A stretch of 47,083 bases of DNA from Betaproteobacteria bacterium RIFCSPLOWO2_12_FULL_64_23 (GCA_001770575.1 MERK01000166.1:1-47083), one strand, 5' to 3'; positions 20,647 through 31,943 are shown, counted from the stretch's first letter. Notes: generated by a model from the letters alone, not told the origin. A program made the numbers and translations.

Positions 20647-21945
20647 ATGTCAACACTTGACTCGCATGTGACAAGAGATCTCGCCGGCTGGCTCGCCTAT
20701 ATCGAGCGGCAGCATCCGCAGAGCATCGCGCTCGGCTTGGAGCGGGTGGGTCGCGTGCGCGACGCGATCAGCCTCGCGCCCGCGGTACCGGTCATCACCG
20801 TTGCCGGCACCAATGGCAAAGGTTCGACTTGTGCCATGCTGGAAGCCATCCTCGCGGCCGCGGGCTACCGCGTCGGCCTGTATACTTCGCCGCACCTGAT
20901 GCGCTACAACGAGCGCGTGCGCATCGCGGGGCGGGAGGCCGGTGACGCGGCGCTTGTTTCGGCGTTCGCGCGGGTGGAGGCGGCCAGGACCGAAAGCGAC
21001 GGCGATACCCGGCTGACCTATTTTGAATTCGGCACCCTCGCCGCAGTGGATCTGTTCCTGCGCAGCGCCGTCGACGTGCTGGTGCTCGAAGTCGGTATGG
21101 GCGGACGCCTGGATGCGGTGAATGCTTTTGACGCCGATTGCGCCATTGTCACCAGTGTCGGCCTGGATCACATGGATTACCTCGGCGCCACGCGCGAGGC
21201 CATCGGCTATGAAAAGGCCGGTATCTTCCGCGCCGGAAAACCGGCCGTGCTCGCCGATCCGGCGGCGCCGGCGTCGGTGCTGGCGCACGCGCAGGCAATA
21301 GGCGCGCGGTTGCTGCGCATCGGTCAGGATTTCGGCTACCAGACGCAGGGCGACCGGTGGTCGTACTGGGGGTCGGCAGGCAGGAAATCCGGCCTGGCCT
21401 ACCCGGCGCTACACGGCGGGATCCAACTGCAAAACGCGAGCGCGGCGCTGGCGGCACTGGAGACGCTGTGCGAACGCTTGCCCGTTTCCATGCGCGACTT
21501 GCGCCAGGGACTGGCTGCGGTCGAATTGCCCGGGCGTTTTCAGCTGCTGCCGGGGCGCCCCGCGCTGGTGCTCGATGTGGGGCACAATCCGCAGGCGGCC
21601 GCAGTTCTCGCGCAGAATCTGTCGGAGCTAGGGTCTTGCTCCGGCACGTCGGCGGTGTTCGGCATGCTGCGCGACAAGGACATCGCCGGCGTGGTGAGAT
21701 TGCTCGCAAAGCACATCGACCGCTGGTTCGTCTGCACCTTGCCGCCGCCGCGCGGCGCGCCGGCGTCGCAGCTGGCGCAGGCGCTGCGCCAGGCGGGAGT
21801 GGACGCGGTGCGCGAGTTCGAGAATCCGGCGCAAGCCTATGCGGCTGCGTGCAGCGGTGCCGCCGAAAATGATAGAATCGTCGTGTTCGGATCTTTTCAT
21901 ACTGTGGCGGGTGTGATCGCTGCCCGGGAAAAATCAAAGGCGTAG
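20647..21945 (+). CDS. folC: Bifunctional folylpolyglutamate synthase / dihydrofolate synthase
   Basis: VAGTNGKGST (P-loop) and LEVGMGGRLDAVN are present, and the accD-folC synteny is conserved. The start is the ATG at 20647. The ORF-track extension runs through the repeat. Confidence 0.9.
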   Translation: MSTLDSHVTRDLAGWLAYIERQHPQSIALGLERVGRVRDAISLAPAVPVITVAGTNGKGSTCAMLEAILAAAGYRVGLYTSPHLMRYNERVRIAGREAGDAALVSAFARVEAARTESDGDTRLTYFEFGTLAAVDLFLRSAVDVLVLEVGMGGRLDAVNAFDADCAIVTSVGLDHMDYLGATREAIGYEKAGIFRAGKPAVLADPAAPASVLAHAQAIGARLLRIGQDFGYQTQGDRWSYWGSAGRKSGLAYPALHGGIQLQNASAALAALETLCERLPVSMRDLRQGLAAVELPGRFQLLPGRPALVLDVGHNPQAAAVLAQNLSELGSCSGTSAVFGMLRDKDIAGVVRLLAKHIDRWFVCTLPPPRGAPASQLAQALRQAGVDAVREFENPAQAYAAACSGAAENDRIVVFGSFHTVAGVIAAREKSKA

Positions 21946-22542
21946 ATGGCGGAAAGCGAAGAAGCCCTGCAGCTGAAACGGCGAGCCCGGCGCAGGCTGG
22001 TCGGCGCCGTCGCCCTGGTGACTTTCGTCGTCATCATTCTGCCGCTTGTTCTGGACAAGGAGCCCGGCCCGGCCGGCCCGCCGCTCAGCGTACAGATACC
22101 CAATCAGGAATCGGGCGGCTTCAATACCCGCGTCGCGCCGCCTGCCGCGCGGGCGCCCGAGAAAAAAGCCGGGATCGCATCGGTCAACACCGAACCGCCT
22201 GCGCCCAAGGCCGCAGCCCCCACGACGAAGGCAGAGCCGGCGCCGGTGCGCGAGGCCGCCAAGGTGCCGGAAAAGACCGACGAGCTGCGCGCGCAGGCCG
22301 CGCTGAGCGACCAGGCCTGGGTCGTGACCCTCGACGCATTTTCAGACAAAAAAAACGTGAAACAATTGCGGACCAAGCTTTCTGCGGCCGGGGTAAAGTC
22401 CTATACTGAACCGGTGAAGACCAGCAAGGGCGAGTTGACGCGCGTGCGTGCCGGGCCTTTCGCCAGCAAGGAAGCCGCCGAGAGGGCGCGCGCCAAGCTG
22501 GAGGCGATGGGACTCAAGCCTGGCGCCGTCGCGAGCCGATGA
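21946..22542 (+). CDS. dedD: SPOR domain-containing cell-division protein (DedD-like)
   Basis: An N-terminal TM segment (LVGAVALVTFVVIILPLVL) is followed by a Pro/Ala linker and a C-terminal SPOR domain (WVVTLDAFSDKKNVKQLRTKL...RVRAGPFASKEAAERARAKL). The gene sits in the folC-dedD-cvpA-purF synteny. Confidence 0.8.
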   Translation: MAESEEALQLKRRARRRLVGAVALVTFVVIILPLVLDKEPGPAGPPLSVQIPNQESGGFNTRVAPPAARAPEKKAGIASVNTEPPAPKAAAPTTKAEPAPVREAAKVPEKTDELRAQAALSDQAWVVTLDAFSDKKNVKQLRTKLSAAGVKSYTEPVKTSKGELTRVRAGPFASKEAAERARAKLEAMGLKPGAVASR

Positions 22543-23027
22543 CGTGGTTTGATTATGCCGTAATCGGCATCGTCGGCCTGTCGGTGCTGTTGGCGGCGTT
22601 TCGGGGGGTGGTGAGGGAAATCGCCGCGCTGGCGGGGTGGGCGGCGGCCCTGATCCTGTCGGGCTTGTTTGCGCAGGAACTGGCGCAGTGGCTGCCGGCG
22701 AGTTTGTCGGCCACGTTGAGGGTGGTCATTGCCTACTTGGTGATTTTTCTCGGCGTGCTGCTGCTGTCCGGGCTGAGCGGCTTGCTGCTGGCGAAGTTGT
22801 TTCGCGCTGCGGGCCTGGGTTTCACCGACCGCGCCGCAGGCGCCGTGTTCGGACTGGTGCGCGGGGTGTTGATCGTGTTCGTCGGGGCGATGTTCGCCGG
22901 GTTGACCAGCGTGCCGAAGGAGCCTTTCTGGCGCGAGGCGGCGCTGTCCGGCCCGATTGAAACTGCGGTGCTGGCCGCCAAGCCGGCACTGCCGAGAGAT
23001 TTGGCGCAACGCATCCGTTACAGGTGA
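22539..23027 (+). CDS. cvpA: CvpA family membrane protein (colicin V production protein)
   Basis: This 162-aa protein has 4 TM segments. [23 protein letters not shown] is a typical CvpA N-terminus. The start overlaps the upstream stop as ATGA. Confidence 0.85.
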   Translation: MTWFDYAVIGIVGLSVLLAAFRGVVREIAALAGWAAALILSGLFAQELAQWLPASLSATLRVVIAYLVIFLGVLLLSGLSGLLLAKLFRAAGLGFTDRAAGAVFGLVRGVLIVFVGAMFAGLTSVPKEPFWREAALSGPIETAVLAAKPALPRDLAQRIRYR

Positions 23028-23031
23028 AACC

Positions 23032-24561
23032 ATGTGCGGGATTCTCGGTGTAGTGGCAAGGACTCCGGTGAACCAGTTGCTCTACGACGGGCTGCTGGTG
23101 CTGCAGCATCGCGGCCAGGACGCGGCCGGCATCGCCACTTCCGAGGGACAAACCTTCCACATGCATAAGGGTGGGGGCCTGGTGCGCGACGTATTCCATA
23201 CCCGCAACATGCGCGCCCTGCCCGGCAACATGGGCATTGCCCACTGCCGTTATCCCACCGCAGGCTCGGCTTCCAGCGCCGCCGAATCGCAACCGTTCTA
23301 TGTCAACTCGCCTTTCGGCATTGTGCTCGGCCACAACGGCAACCTCACCAATTCCGAGGGCCTGAAGCAGGAGATGTTCCGCCAGGATCTGCGCCACATC
23401 AACACCAATTCGGATTCCGAAGTGCTGCTGAACGTGCTCGCGCACGAGCTGCAGGAAGCTTCGACCAACTACAAGCTCGATCCGCAGATCATTTTTACCG
23501 CGGTAGCCGCCGTGCACCGGCGCTGCCGCGGCGCCTACGCCGTGGTGGCGATGATCGCCGGTTACGGTCTGCTCGCGTTCCGCGACCCATATGGCATACG
23601 CCCGCTGGTAATCGGCCGCATCGATACCGGCAACGGCTACGAATACCTGGTGGCTTCCGAATCCGTGGCCCTGGATACCCTGGGCTTCCAGATCGTGCGC
23701 GACGTCGCGCCGGGGGAGGCCGTATTCATCGACGAAGAGGGCAATTTCTACAGCCGCCAGTGCGCGGGGAAGACCTCGCTCAATCCCTGCATTTTCGAGT
23801 ACGTCTACCTCGCGCGCCCGGACTCGCTCATGGACGGCGTGTCGGTGTACGAGACGCGGCTGCATATGGGCGAGCAGCTGGCGGCGAAAATCAGGACGCA
23901 GTACCCTCATCTCGATATCGACGTGGTGATCCCGATTCCCGATTCCAGCCGTCCCAGCGCGATGCAGCTAGCCTTGAACCTGGGCCTGTCTTACCGCGAA
24001 GGCTTTGTCAAGAACCGCTACATCGGTCGCACGTTCATCATGCCCGGTCAGAGGGAGCGCAAGAAATCGGTGCGGCAGAAGCTGAACGCGGTGGCGATGG
24101 AATTCAAGGGCAAGAACGTGCTGCTGGTTGACGATTCCATCGTGCGCGGCACCACCAGCCACGAAATCGTGATGATGGCGCGCGAGGCCGGCGCCAACCG
24201 CGTGTTCTTCGCTTCGGCTGCGCCGCCGGTGCGCTATCCCAATGTCTACGGCATCGACATGCCCACGCGCCAGGAATTGATCGCCAACGGCCGCAGCGAC
24301 GACGAGATCGCGCGCGAAATCGGCGCCGACGCGCTCATCTACCAGGATCTGGATGCGCTCAAGGCCGCGGTGCGCGAAGCCAACCCCAGGCTCACGGAAT
24401 TCGAGACCTCCTGCTTCGACGGCATTTACATTACCGGCGACGTTACGCGCGAGTATCTGGATAGCGTGGAGAATCACCGCAACTGCGCCCGCGAGGGATC
24501 TTCCGAGGACGAGGAAAGCAGCCAGTTGGACCTGGGGCTGGTGGAAACGGACCAGGCTTGA
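23032..24561 (+). CDS. purF: Amidophosphoribosyltransferase
   Basis: MCGILGV (N-terminal nucleophile Cys), [11 protein letters not shown] and the PRPP loop [13 protein letters not shown] are present. Confidence 0.95.
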   Translation: MCGILGVVARTPVNQLLYDGLLVLQHRGQDAAGIATSEGQTFHMHKGGGLVRDVFHTRNMRALPGNMGIAHCRYPTAGSASSAAESQPFYVNSPFGIVLGHNGNLTNSEGLKQEMFRQDLRHINTNSDSEVLLNVLAHELQEASTNYKLDPQIIFTAVAAVHRRCRGAYAVVAMIAGYGLLAFRDPYGIRPLVIGRIDTGNGYEYLVASESVALDTLGFQIVRDVAPGEAVFIDEEGNFYSRQCAGKTSLNPCIFEYVYLARPDSLMDGVSVYETRLHMGEQLAAKIRTQYPHLDIDVVIPIPDSSRPSAMQLALNLGLSYREGFVKNRYIGRTFIMPGQRERKKSVRQKLNAVAMEFKGKNVLLVDDSIVRGTTSHEIVMMAREAGANRVFFASAAPPVRYPNVYGIDMPTRQELIANGRSDDEIAREIGADALIYQDLDALKAAVREANPRLTEFETSCFDGIYITGDVTREYLDSVENHRNCAREGSSEDEESSQLDLGLVETDQA

Positions 24562-24601
24562 GATTTGACACCTGCCCGCTGCGGTAGTAACGTAGCACTG
24601 C

Positions 24602-24674
24602 GCCGATTTGAAGCATAGCTTGCGGGCGCCGCCGGTTCCTGGTTTTGCGACCGGCAAACAAATACAGCTAAAGC
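24602..24674 (+). promoter_or_regulatory. Candidate structured leader of metZ (weak SAM-II-like pseudoknot features). Tentative.
   Basis: CGAUUU, GCUUGC and AAAGC elements occur in the order seen in SAM-II leaders. Possible pairings are GCCG (24602-05) with CGGC (24652-55) and GCUU (24618-21) with AAGC (24671-74). All helices are short, and no covariance model was run. Confidence 0.25.
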
Positions 24675-24682
24675 GTGGGAAA

Positions 24683-24720
24683 CCCGTCTTAGCCAAAGCT
24701 AAGCGGGTTTTTTGCTTTTT
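24683..24720 (+). terminator. Intrinsic terminator/attenuator between purF and metZ
   Basis: The stem CCCGTCTTAGC pairs with GCTAAGCGGG (10 bp, one bulge, loop CAAA) and is followed by TTTTTTGCTTTTT. It ends 14 nt before the metZ ATG. Confidence 0.75.
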
Positions 24721-24734
24721 ACACGGATGCAATC

Positions 24735-25907
24735 ATGGCGGACAAAATCGAATTCGATACCCTGGCGCTGCGCGCCGGCATCCACCGCAGCCAGTTCGGC
24801 GAGCATTCCGAGGCGATGTATCTCACCTCGAGTTTCGTGTTCGACAACGCCGCCCAGGCCGCGGCGCGCTTCACCGGCGGCACAGAGGGCAATATCTATT
24901 CGCGCTTTACCAATCCCACGGTGAGCGCGTTCCAGGAGCGCCTTGCGGCGCTGGAGGGCGCCGAGACCTGCGTCGCCACCGCCTCGGGCATGTCGGCCAT
25001 CCTCGCCATGGCCATGGCCATGCTCAAGGCGGGCGACCACGTGATTTGTTCGGCCAGCGTGTTCGGCTCCACGGTGCAGCTGTTTTCCAACATCATGGGC
25101 AAATTCGGCGTCGAGACCACCTTCGTTGCCGGCGCCAGCGTCGCCGCCTGGGAGGGCGCGTCGCGCAGCAACACCAAGCTGCTGTTTGTCGAGACCCCGT
25201 CCAATCCGCTCACCGAGATCGCCGATATCGCGGCCCTTGCGGCAGTGGCCAGGCAGGCGGGCGCGCTGCTTGCCGTGGACAATTGCTTCTGCACACCTGC
25301 TTTGCAACAACCGCTTCAGCTCGGTGCCGACCTGGTGATTCACTCGGCGACCAAGTATCTGGACGGCCAGGGCAGGGTGCTCGGCGGCGCCGTGCTGGGA
25401 CCGCGCGGACCGGTGATGGACGGTGTTTACGGTTTTCTGCGCACTGCCGGCCCGAGCCTGTCGCCGTTCAATGCGTGGGTGCTGCTGAAGGGGCTGGAGA
25501 CGCTGCGGATACGCATGGATGCGCAATCGCAAGCCGCATTGCAGCTGGCGCAGTGGCTGGAACGGCACCCCGGCATCGAGCGGGTTTATTATCCGGGCTT
25601 GCCTTCCCATCCGCAGCATGAATTGGCGCAGAAGCAGCAGCGATTGGGCGGGGCGGTGGTGTCGTTCGAGGTCAAAGGCGGGCGTGAGGCGGCGTGGCGG
25701 GTGGTGGATGCGACGCGCATGATTTCGATCACCGCCAATCTGGGCGACACCAAGACCACGATTACCCATCCTGCCACGACCACCCACGGCCGCATCAGCG
25801 CCGAAGCGCGCAAGGCCGCGGGCATAAGCGAGGGGTTGCTGCGCGTCGCCGTGGGACTAGAGGCGCTAGGCGACATCCAGGCCGATGTTGAGCGCGGGCT
25901 AAACTGA
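24735..25907 (+). CDS. metZ: O-succinylhomoserine sulfhydrylase
   Basis: FDTLALRAGIHRSQFGEHSEAMYLTSSFVF, YSRFTNPTV and HSATKYLDGQGR (PLP Lys) are present. The purF-metZ synteny matches that seen in pseudomonads and betaproteobacteria. Confidence 0.9.
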   Translation: MADKIEFDTLALRAGIHRSQFGEHSEAMYLTSSFVFDNAAQAAARFTGGTEGNIYSRFTNPTVSAFQERLAALEGAETCVATASGMSAILAMAMAMLKAGDHVICSASVFGSTVQLFSNIMGKFGVETTFVAGASVAAWEGASRSNTKLLFVETPSNPLTEIADIAALAAVARQAGALLAVDNCFCTPALQQPLQLGADLVIHSATKYLDGQGRVLGGAVLGPRGPVMDGVYGFLRTAGPSLSPFNAWVLLKGLETLRIRMDAQSQAALQLAQWLERHPGIERVYYPGLPSHPQHELAQKQQRLGGAVVSFEVKGGREAAWRVVDATRMISITANLGDTKTTITHPATTTHGRISAEARKAAGISEGLLRVAVGLEALGDIQADVERGLN

Positions 25908-25944
25908 ACCGGCGAAACCGGCGGTTGCCGCTACGCAGCGGCCT

Positions 25945-26673
25945 TTAGTTCGCGCTTAGTTGCACCGCGCGGCAGCCTGACGCGTCGCAGGCGAGATAGC
26001 TGCCGCCCTGATACCAATCGGCCAGCACCCAACGCTCGCAGGCACGGCCGTCGACCAGGTGTACATGGCGGGCGGGGCGGTGGGTATGTCCGTGGATCAG
26101 CCGCGGATAGCCGTGGCGGCGCAACACGGCCTCGACTTCGGCCGGCGCGACATCCATGATTTCGGCCGGCTTGCCGCGTTTTTCCTGCTCGCTTCTCCGG
26201 CGCAGGGCTTCGACCGCGGCCTTGCGTTCAGCCAGGGGCTGGTGCAGAAGCGCGCTGATCCAGGTCTGGCTGCGCGCCTCGCGCCGGAACGCCTGGTATT
26301 CCAGATCGAGCGTACACAGGGTGTCGCCGTGCATCAGCAGGACCGCTTGCCCGTCCAGATCGAACAAGGTGGGATCCGGCAGCAGGGTCACCCCGCTGGC
26401 ACGCGCGAAGGCATTGCCGATGACGAAATCACGGTTGCCGTGCATCAGGTAGGTGGGGACGCCGCTGGCGACGAGCCGGGCGAGGGCGGCCACTACTGTG
26501 GCGTTGAACGGATCGCCCAAATCGTCGTCGCCCGCCCAATACTCGAACAGGTCGCCGAGGATGTAGAGAGCGCGCGCGCTGCGCGCCTCGCGCTCGAGGA
26601 AATCAAAGAAGCTGCGGTTGCTCCGCGGCCGACCGGAGCAAAGGTGCAGGTCGGAGATGAACAGGGTGCTCAA
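25945..26673 (-). CDS. lpxH: UDP-2,3-diacylglucosamine diphosphatase
   Basis: The metallophosphoesterase motifs LFISDLHL, ILGDLFEYWAGDD, GNRDF and HGHTHRP are present. The start is the TTG at 26673. Confidence 0.9.
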   Translation of the reverse strand: MSTLFISDLHLCSGRPRSNRSFFDFLEREARSARALYILGDLFEYWAGDDDLGDPFNATVVAALARLVASGVPTYLMHGNRDFVIGNAFARASGVTLLPDPTLFDLDGQAVLLMHGDTLCTLDLEYQAFRREARSQTWISALLHQPLAERKAAVEALRRRSEQEKRGKPAEIMDVAPAEVEAVLRRHGYPRLIHGHTHRPARHVHLVDGRACERWVLADWYQGGSYLACDASGCRAVQLSAN

Positions 26674-26762
26674 GCGGGCCGGCGCGTACCGCGCAGAACG
26701 CAGAATTCAGACTGCTGGCCTGGCGGACGCTGCGCCCTGCACGGTGCGCGCGGCGCTGGCGT

Positions 26763-27254
26763 TCATACCGCTTCAGCGCGTTCCAGCACCACGTCTTCGG
26801 CGGGCACATCCTGATGGCCGCCGCGGCTGCCGGTTTTCACGCCCTTGATTTTGTCCACCACGTCGATGCCCTCGACCACTTTGCCGAATACGCAATAGCC
26901 CCAACCCTGCGGCGTCGGCGCGCTATGGTTGAGGAAGCTGTTGTCCTTGACGTTGATGAAGAACTGGGCGCTGGCAGAGTGCGGGTCGGAAGTGCGCGCC
27001 ATGGCGACGCTGTAGCGCTCGTTCTTGAGGCCGTTGGCCGCTTCGTTCTCTATCTGCGCCTGCGTCGGCTTTTGCCTCATGCCCGGCTCGAAACCTCCGC
27101 CCTGAATCATGAAGCCGTCGATCACGCGATGGAACACGGTGTTGTCGTAGTGCCCGCTTCTGACATAGGCGAGAAAGCTCTCCACCGTTTTGGGGGCCCT
27201 GGCGGCGTCGAGTTCCAGGGTGATGGTGCCGTGGCTGGTGTGCAATTTGACCAT
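26763..27254 (-). CDS. ppiB: Peptidyl-prolyl cis-trans isomerase B (cytoplasmic cyclophilin)
   Basis: [14 protein letters not shown] and [18 protein letters not shown] are present. The start is the ATG at 27254, and there is no signal peptide. Confidence 0.9.
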   Translation of the reverse strand: MVKLHTSHGTITLELDAARAPKTVESFLAYVRSGHYDNTVFHRVIDGFMIQGGGFEPGMRQKPTQAQIENEAANGLKNERYSVAMARTSDPHSASAQFFINVKDNSFLNHSAPTPQGWGYCVFGKVVEGIDVVDKIKGVKTGSRGGHQDVPAEDVVLERAEAV

Positions 27255-27264
27255 GATGTGCTCG

Positions 27265-27840
27265 CTATTTTCCGGAAAGGAAAGTGATGGATTCGATGAC
27301 GACCGGCTGCCGCGGCACGTCCTTGGCAAAAGGGCCGCCCGGGCCGGTAGGCGTGTGTGCGATGCGCATCACGACCTCCATGCCCTGAGTCACCTTGCCG
27401 AACACGGCGTAGCCGAAGCCTGCGGGAGTGGCTTCGCGAAAGTCGAGGAAAGCGTTGTTGGCCACATTGATGAAGAACTGCGCCGTGGCCGAGTGCGGAT
27501 TCGAGGTGCGCGCCATGGCGAGCGTGCCGAGCGCATTCTTCAGGCCGTTGCCGGCTTCGTTCTCGATCGGCGGGCGGTCGCCCTTTTTCTCCCTCAGGTC
27601 CGGGTAGTGACCGCCGCCCTGGATCATGAAGCCGTCGATGACGCGGTGAAATGCAAGGCCGTCATAAAAACCGTCCTTCACATACTGCAGGAAATTGGCC
27701 GCCGATTTGGGCGCCTTGTCCGCGTAGAGTTCGACGCGTATGGCGCCGACGCTGGTCTTTATTTCAACCAGCGGGTTGGCGGCAAACGCCTGCGCCGACC
27801 AGAGCAGGATGCCCAGTATCAAAACTTTGAACAGTCGCAT
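27265..27840 (-). CDS. ppiA: Peptidyl-prolyl cis-trans isomerase A (periplasmic cyclophilin)
   Basis: The signal peptide [20 protein letters not shown] precedes the cyclophilin motifs [14 protein letters not shown] and [18 protein letters not shown]. The start is the ATG at 27840. The ORF-track extension runs through repeat copy B. Confidence 0.9.
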   Translation of the reverse strand: MRLFKVLILGILLWSAQAFAANPLVEIKTSVGAIRVELYADKAPKSAANFLQYVKDGFYDGLAFHRVIDGFMIQGGGHYPDLREKKGDRPPIENEAGNGLKNALGTLAMARTSNPHSATAQFFINVANNAFLDFREATPAGFGYAVFGKVTQGMEVVMRIAHTPTGPGGPFAKDVPRQPVVIESITFLSGK

Positions 27841-27867
27841 GTTTTCAGCCCATGTAGAATTGCGCTT

Positions 27868-28050
27868 GTTGCGCGGACGAGAAACCGTCCGCGCGGATCG
27901 TCGAATGCGCACGGATGAAAAGCCATCCGTGCGCATTCGACGATCTTGTATAAAATCCCCGCCCCCGTCCTTGTTTTTGTCCATAACCGTGTTTTCTGTA
28001 CGGATGCTTTTTATCCGTACAGAAAACACGGTTGGCGCGCGCGAGCGCGC
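27868..28050 (-). repeat. Triple-hairpin intergenic repeat, copy B (inverted orientation)
   Basis: Its reverse complement aligns module by module with copies A and C: the GC palindrome, a 21-bp stem hairpin, the ATGGACAAAAACAA...TTTATACAAGATCG linker, and two further hairpins. Confidence 0.8.
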
Positions 28051-28062
28051 AAGCCCGGATGA

Positions 28063-29256
28063 TTATGCAGCGCCTTCGTAAATGATGCGCCACTTGCCGC
28101 CTTCTTTGGCCCAGTATTGGCGCTTTTTCATCGTGTTGGACAGGTTATTCGAGCGGTAATCCTGGTCAAAGGTCACCACCACCAGCTCCTCGTTGCCGGG
28201 ATTGCGGAACATGCTGAAATTGGAAAGCTTCAGCTCGATCCAGCTCTTGCCGCTGTTGACCTGGCGCTTGTGTCGCGCCCAATCGGAAAAGTTCGCGCGG
28301 CCGGTGGAAAATTTGTTCGAATAGCGGGTCAGATAGCGCTCGGTATCCAGGCTTTCCCAGTCGCCGCGCCAGCGCTCGATTTCGGCATTGAGCGCGTCGC
28401 GCTCGGCGTTCCAGTCATCCAGCGAAAGCCATTCGACCTGTTCGCTGATGATTACCGGCGTGAGGCCGATCTGCAGTTTCTTCGACAATGCGTCCAGGTC
28501 TGCATTGGCCAGCACCACGCAGCCGTTGCTGGCGCGCGGCGCGCGGCTGTAGGTGTCGCTGGGCGTGCCGTGCAGCCAAATGCCAAAGCCGTTCCTGCCA
28601 TGGCGCTTGTCCCATTCGTTGGGATAGCTGATGGGGAAGGCGCCGCTGCCGTAGAAGTCGGAAAGCTTGTTCCGTGGCAGGCTCGCCGTGACGTGGTACA
28701 CGCCCACGGGCGTTTTTTCGTCTCCTTCGCGCGTCTTCTCCCCGCCGCGCTTGCCGGTGCTGATGTAATAATCGGCGACGAAGCGTGGCCGGCCGTTCTC
28801 GTTCTGGTAAAGGTACAGGCGCGAGCGTTTGTTGTCGACGACGATGGCAAAGCGCTGATCGTGACGCAGCTGCATTAGGTAGCGTGGCACCTGGTCCTGC
28901 GACGGGCGGTCGCGGTAGGCATGCAGGCGGACCAGCGCTTCGGCGCGCAAGCCATCGAGCCGCTCGCTCGAGCCTTGAGGGGCATCGCCGAAGGTCTTGA
29001 GCGCGCGGCCCCGGGCCAGCAGCAGGTCGCCTTTGATCAGGTAGGCCAGACGAAAATTGGGTTTGGCCTGAAGCAGCGCTTCAACGTGCTTGAGCGCCAG
29101 ATCGAGCTGGTTGCGCTCGACCTCCTCGAACACCTTGCCCAGCAGATCGTCGGCGCTTTGCTCCGCCTGAGCGCGGGCCGGGAAAACGAAGAAAGCGCCG
29201 GCGAGGCCCAGCACCCCGGCGAGTAGCGTGTTCGACAATCCGCGCCGCAACTGCAT
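28063..29256 (-). CDS. L,D-transpeptidase family protein (YkuD catalytic domain plus C-terminal NTF2-like domain)
   Basis: After a signal peptide, the catalytic motifs HGTPSDTYSRAPRASNGCVVL (His/Cys) are present. The ATG at 29256 sits one codon inside the TTG at 29259. Confidence 0.85.
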   Translation of the reverse strand: MQLRRGLSNTLLAGVLGLAGAFFVFPARAQAEQSADDLLGKVFEEVERNQLDLALKHVEALLQAKPNFRLAYLIKGDLLLARGRALKTFGDAPQGSSERLDGLRAEALVRLHAYRDRPSQDQVPRYLMQLRHDQRFAIVVDNKRSRLYLYQNENGRPRFVADYYISTGKRGGEKTREGDEKTPVGVYHVTASLPRNKLSDFYGSGAFPISYPNEWDKRHGRNGFGIWLHGTPSDTYSRAPRASNGCVVLANADLDALSKKLQIGLTPVIISEQVEWLSLDDWNAERDALNAEIERWRGDWESLDTERYLTRYSNKFSTGRANFSDWARHKRQVNSGKSWIELKLSNFSMFRNPGNEELVVVTFDQDYRSNNLSNTMKKRQYWAKEGGKWRIIYEGAA

Positions 29257-29259
29257 CAA

Positions 29260-30303
29260 TTAGTTTGCCCGCTCTTCATGGATTAGCCATTTGCCATTGC
29301 TTTTGACCATGACCAGCGTTTTAGTTCCCGCGGCTTTGACTATATCGGACCGGTAAACCTGGCGGAAGCTTACGCTCGCGGAGTTGTCGCCGCTGATACT
29401 GACCTTGGGCGATTCGATTTCGACTTTGATTTCCTTCGGCGCGCTGATGCGCTGCTTGCGCCCCTTTTCCCAGTCACCGCGCGTCTCGCCCTTGGGCGTT
29501 TTGAAGTCCCTGGCGTAATGCGCGAGATAGGCGGCCACATCTTTCCTGGCCCAGGCGCCGGCCCAGGCCTGCACGGTCTTGATCAGCGCATCGGATTCGG
29601 CGCGCGCGCCGCCGCTGGCCTTGGTCGCCGGCTCCGCCGCCTTGGGCGCGGCGGCCTTGGGCCCGGCCGCCTTGGATTCTGCGCCCGATTTGGCGCTCGC
29701 AACTGCGCTTGCGTTGCCGGCGTCGGCTGCCTTGGCCGGGGCCGCCTCGGCCATCTTGACCGGTTCTGTCCGCATAGGGCCGCGGGCCGCGCGCGTTCCG
29801 CCGTCGATCAGCTCGCCTATCATGGCCAGTTTGGTCTTGGCGCCGGTGTTGGAGGAGTCCAGTTGCAGCGCCTTGTCGTAGGCCTGGCTGGCGAGCTTGG
29901 CGTAAATGTCGCCCAGGTTCTCGTGCGCGGTGGCGTAGCTTGGATGCGTGCGGATCGAGCTTTCCAGCGCGGCCCTGGCTTTATCGTACTGACCTTGCGA
30001 AGCGTATAGGACTGCCAAGTTATTGTGCGGCTCGGGCAACTCGGGGTAGTCCTCGGACAGTTTCAGAAACACCTGGATCGCCTCGCCGGAACGGTTCATC
30101 TCCGTCAGGATCAGGCCTTTCAGAAAACGCCCCTGCGCATCGCGCGGCTTGCCGGCCAGGAATTTGTCCACGCGTTCCAGGGACTGCGGCAACTGGCCTT
30201 GCTTCATCATGCGCGTGATGTCCTGCAACTCGTCGGCGTGGACGGCGGCGGCAGCCAGTGCGAGGCCTAGGGCGAAGGCGGTGCGGCGAAGGAGTGAGTG
30301 CAT
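29260..30303 (-). CDS. Tetratricopeptide-repeat protein with C-terminal NTF2-like domain
   Basis: A signal peptide (MHSLLRRTAFALGLALAAAAVHA) is followed by TPR units (NNLAVLYASQGQYDKARAALESSIRTHPSYATAHENLGDIY). The start is the ATG at 30303. The C-terminal 110 aa resemble the C-terminus of the adjacent L,D-transpeptidase. Confidence 0.8.
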   Translation of the reverse strand: MHSLLRRTAFALGLALAAAAVHADELQDITRMMKQGQLPQSLERVDKFLAGKPRDAQGRFLKGLILTEMNRSGEAIQVFLKLSEDYPELPEPHNNLAVLYASQGQYDKARAALESSIRTHPSYATAHENLGDIYAKLASQAYDKALQLDSSNTGAKTKLAMIGELIDGGTRAARGPMRTEPVKMAEAAPAKAADAGNASAVASAKSGAESKAAGPKAAAPKAAEPATKASGGARAESDALIKTVQAWAGAWARKDVAAYLAHYARDFKTPKGETRGDWEKGRKQRISAPKEIKVEIESPKVSISGDNSASVSFRQVYRSDIVKAAGTKTLVMVKSNGKWLIHEERAN

Positions 30304-30459
30304 TGTGTTATACTTTCTCGCGCCAGTAGGATTAGCGCTGCATTCTAACAAGAACACCCGAACCTCCACAATAGAGGCCGCTGTCAAAGTTTCGGCGGTG
30401 GCGCCGCTTTCACCCGGTGGGCGCGGCGCAGCCGAGCGCATCTTGGCCGCTTTTCGCGC

Positions 30460-31896
<1,437 letters not shown>

Positions 31897-31943
31897 GTTT
31901 TTTCCGGCGTTACATACGACGCCTTAGTTCCATCAGTGGATTT

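Noticed and set aside
20444-20671. Short ORFs beginning MDK(S/N)... inside all three triple-hairpin repeats (also 31936-32520 and the N-terminal extension of 27265-28029)
   Set aside because: The conserved ATGGAYAAAA is followed by indels that shift the frame between copies, so the peptide is not conserved. Nucleotide-level stem conservation explains the similarity better.
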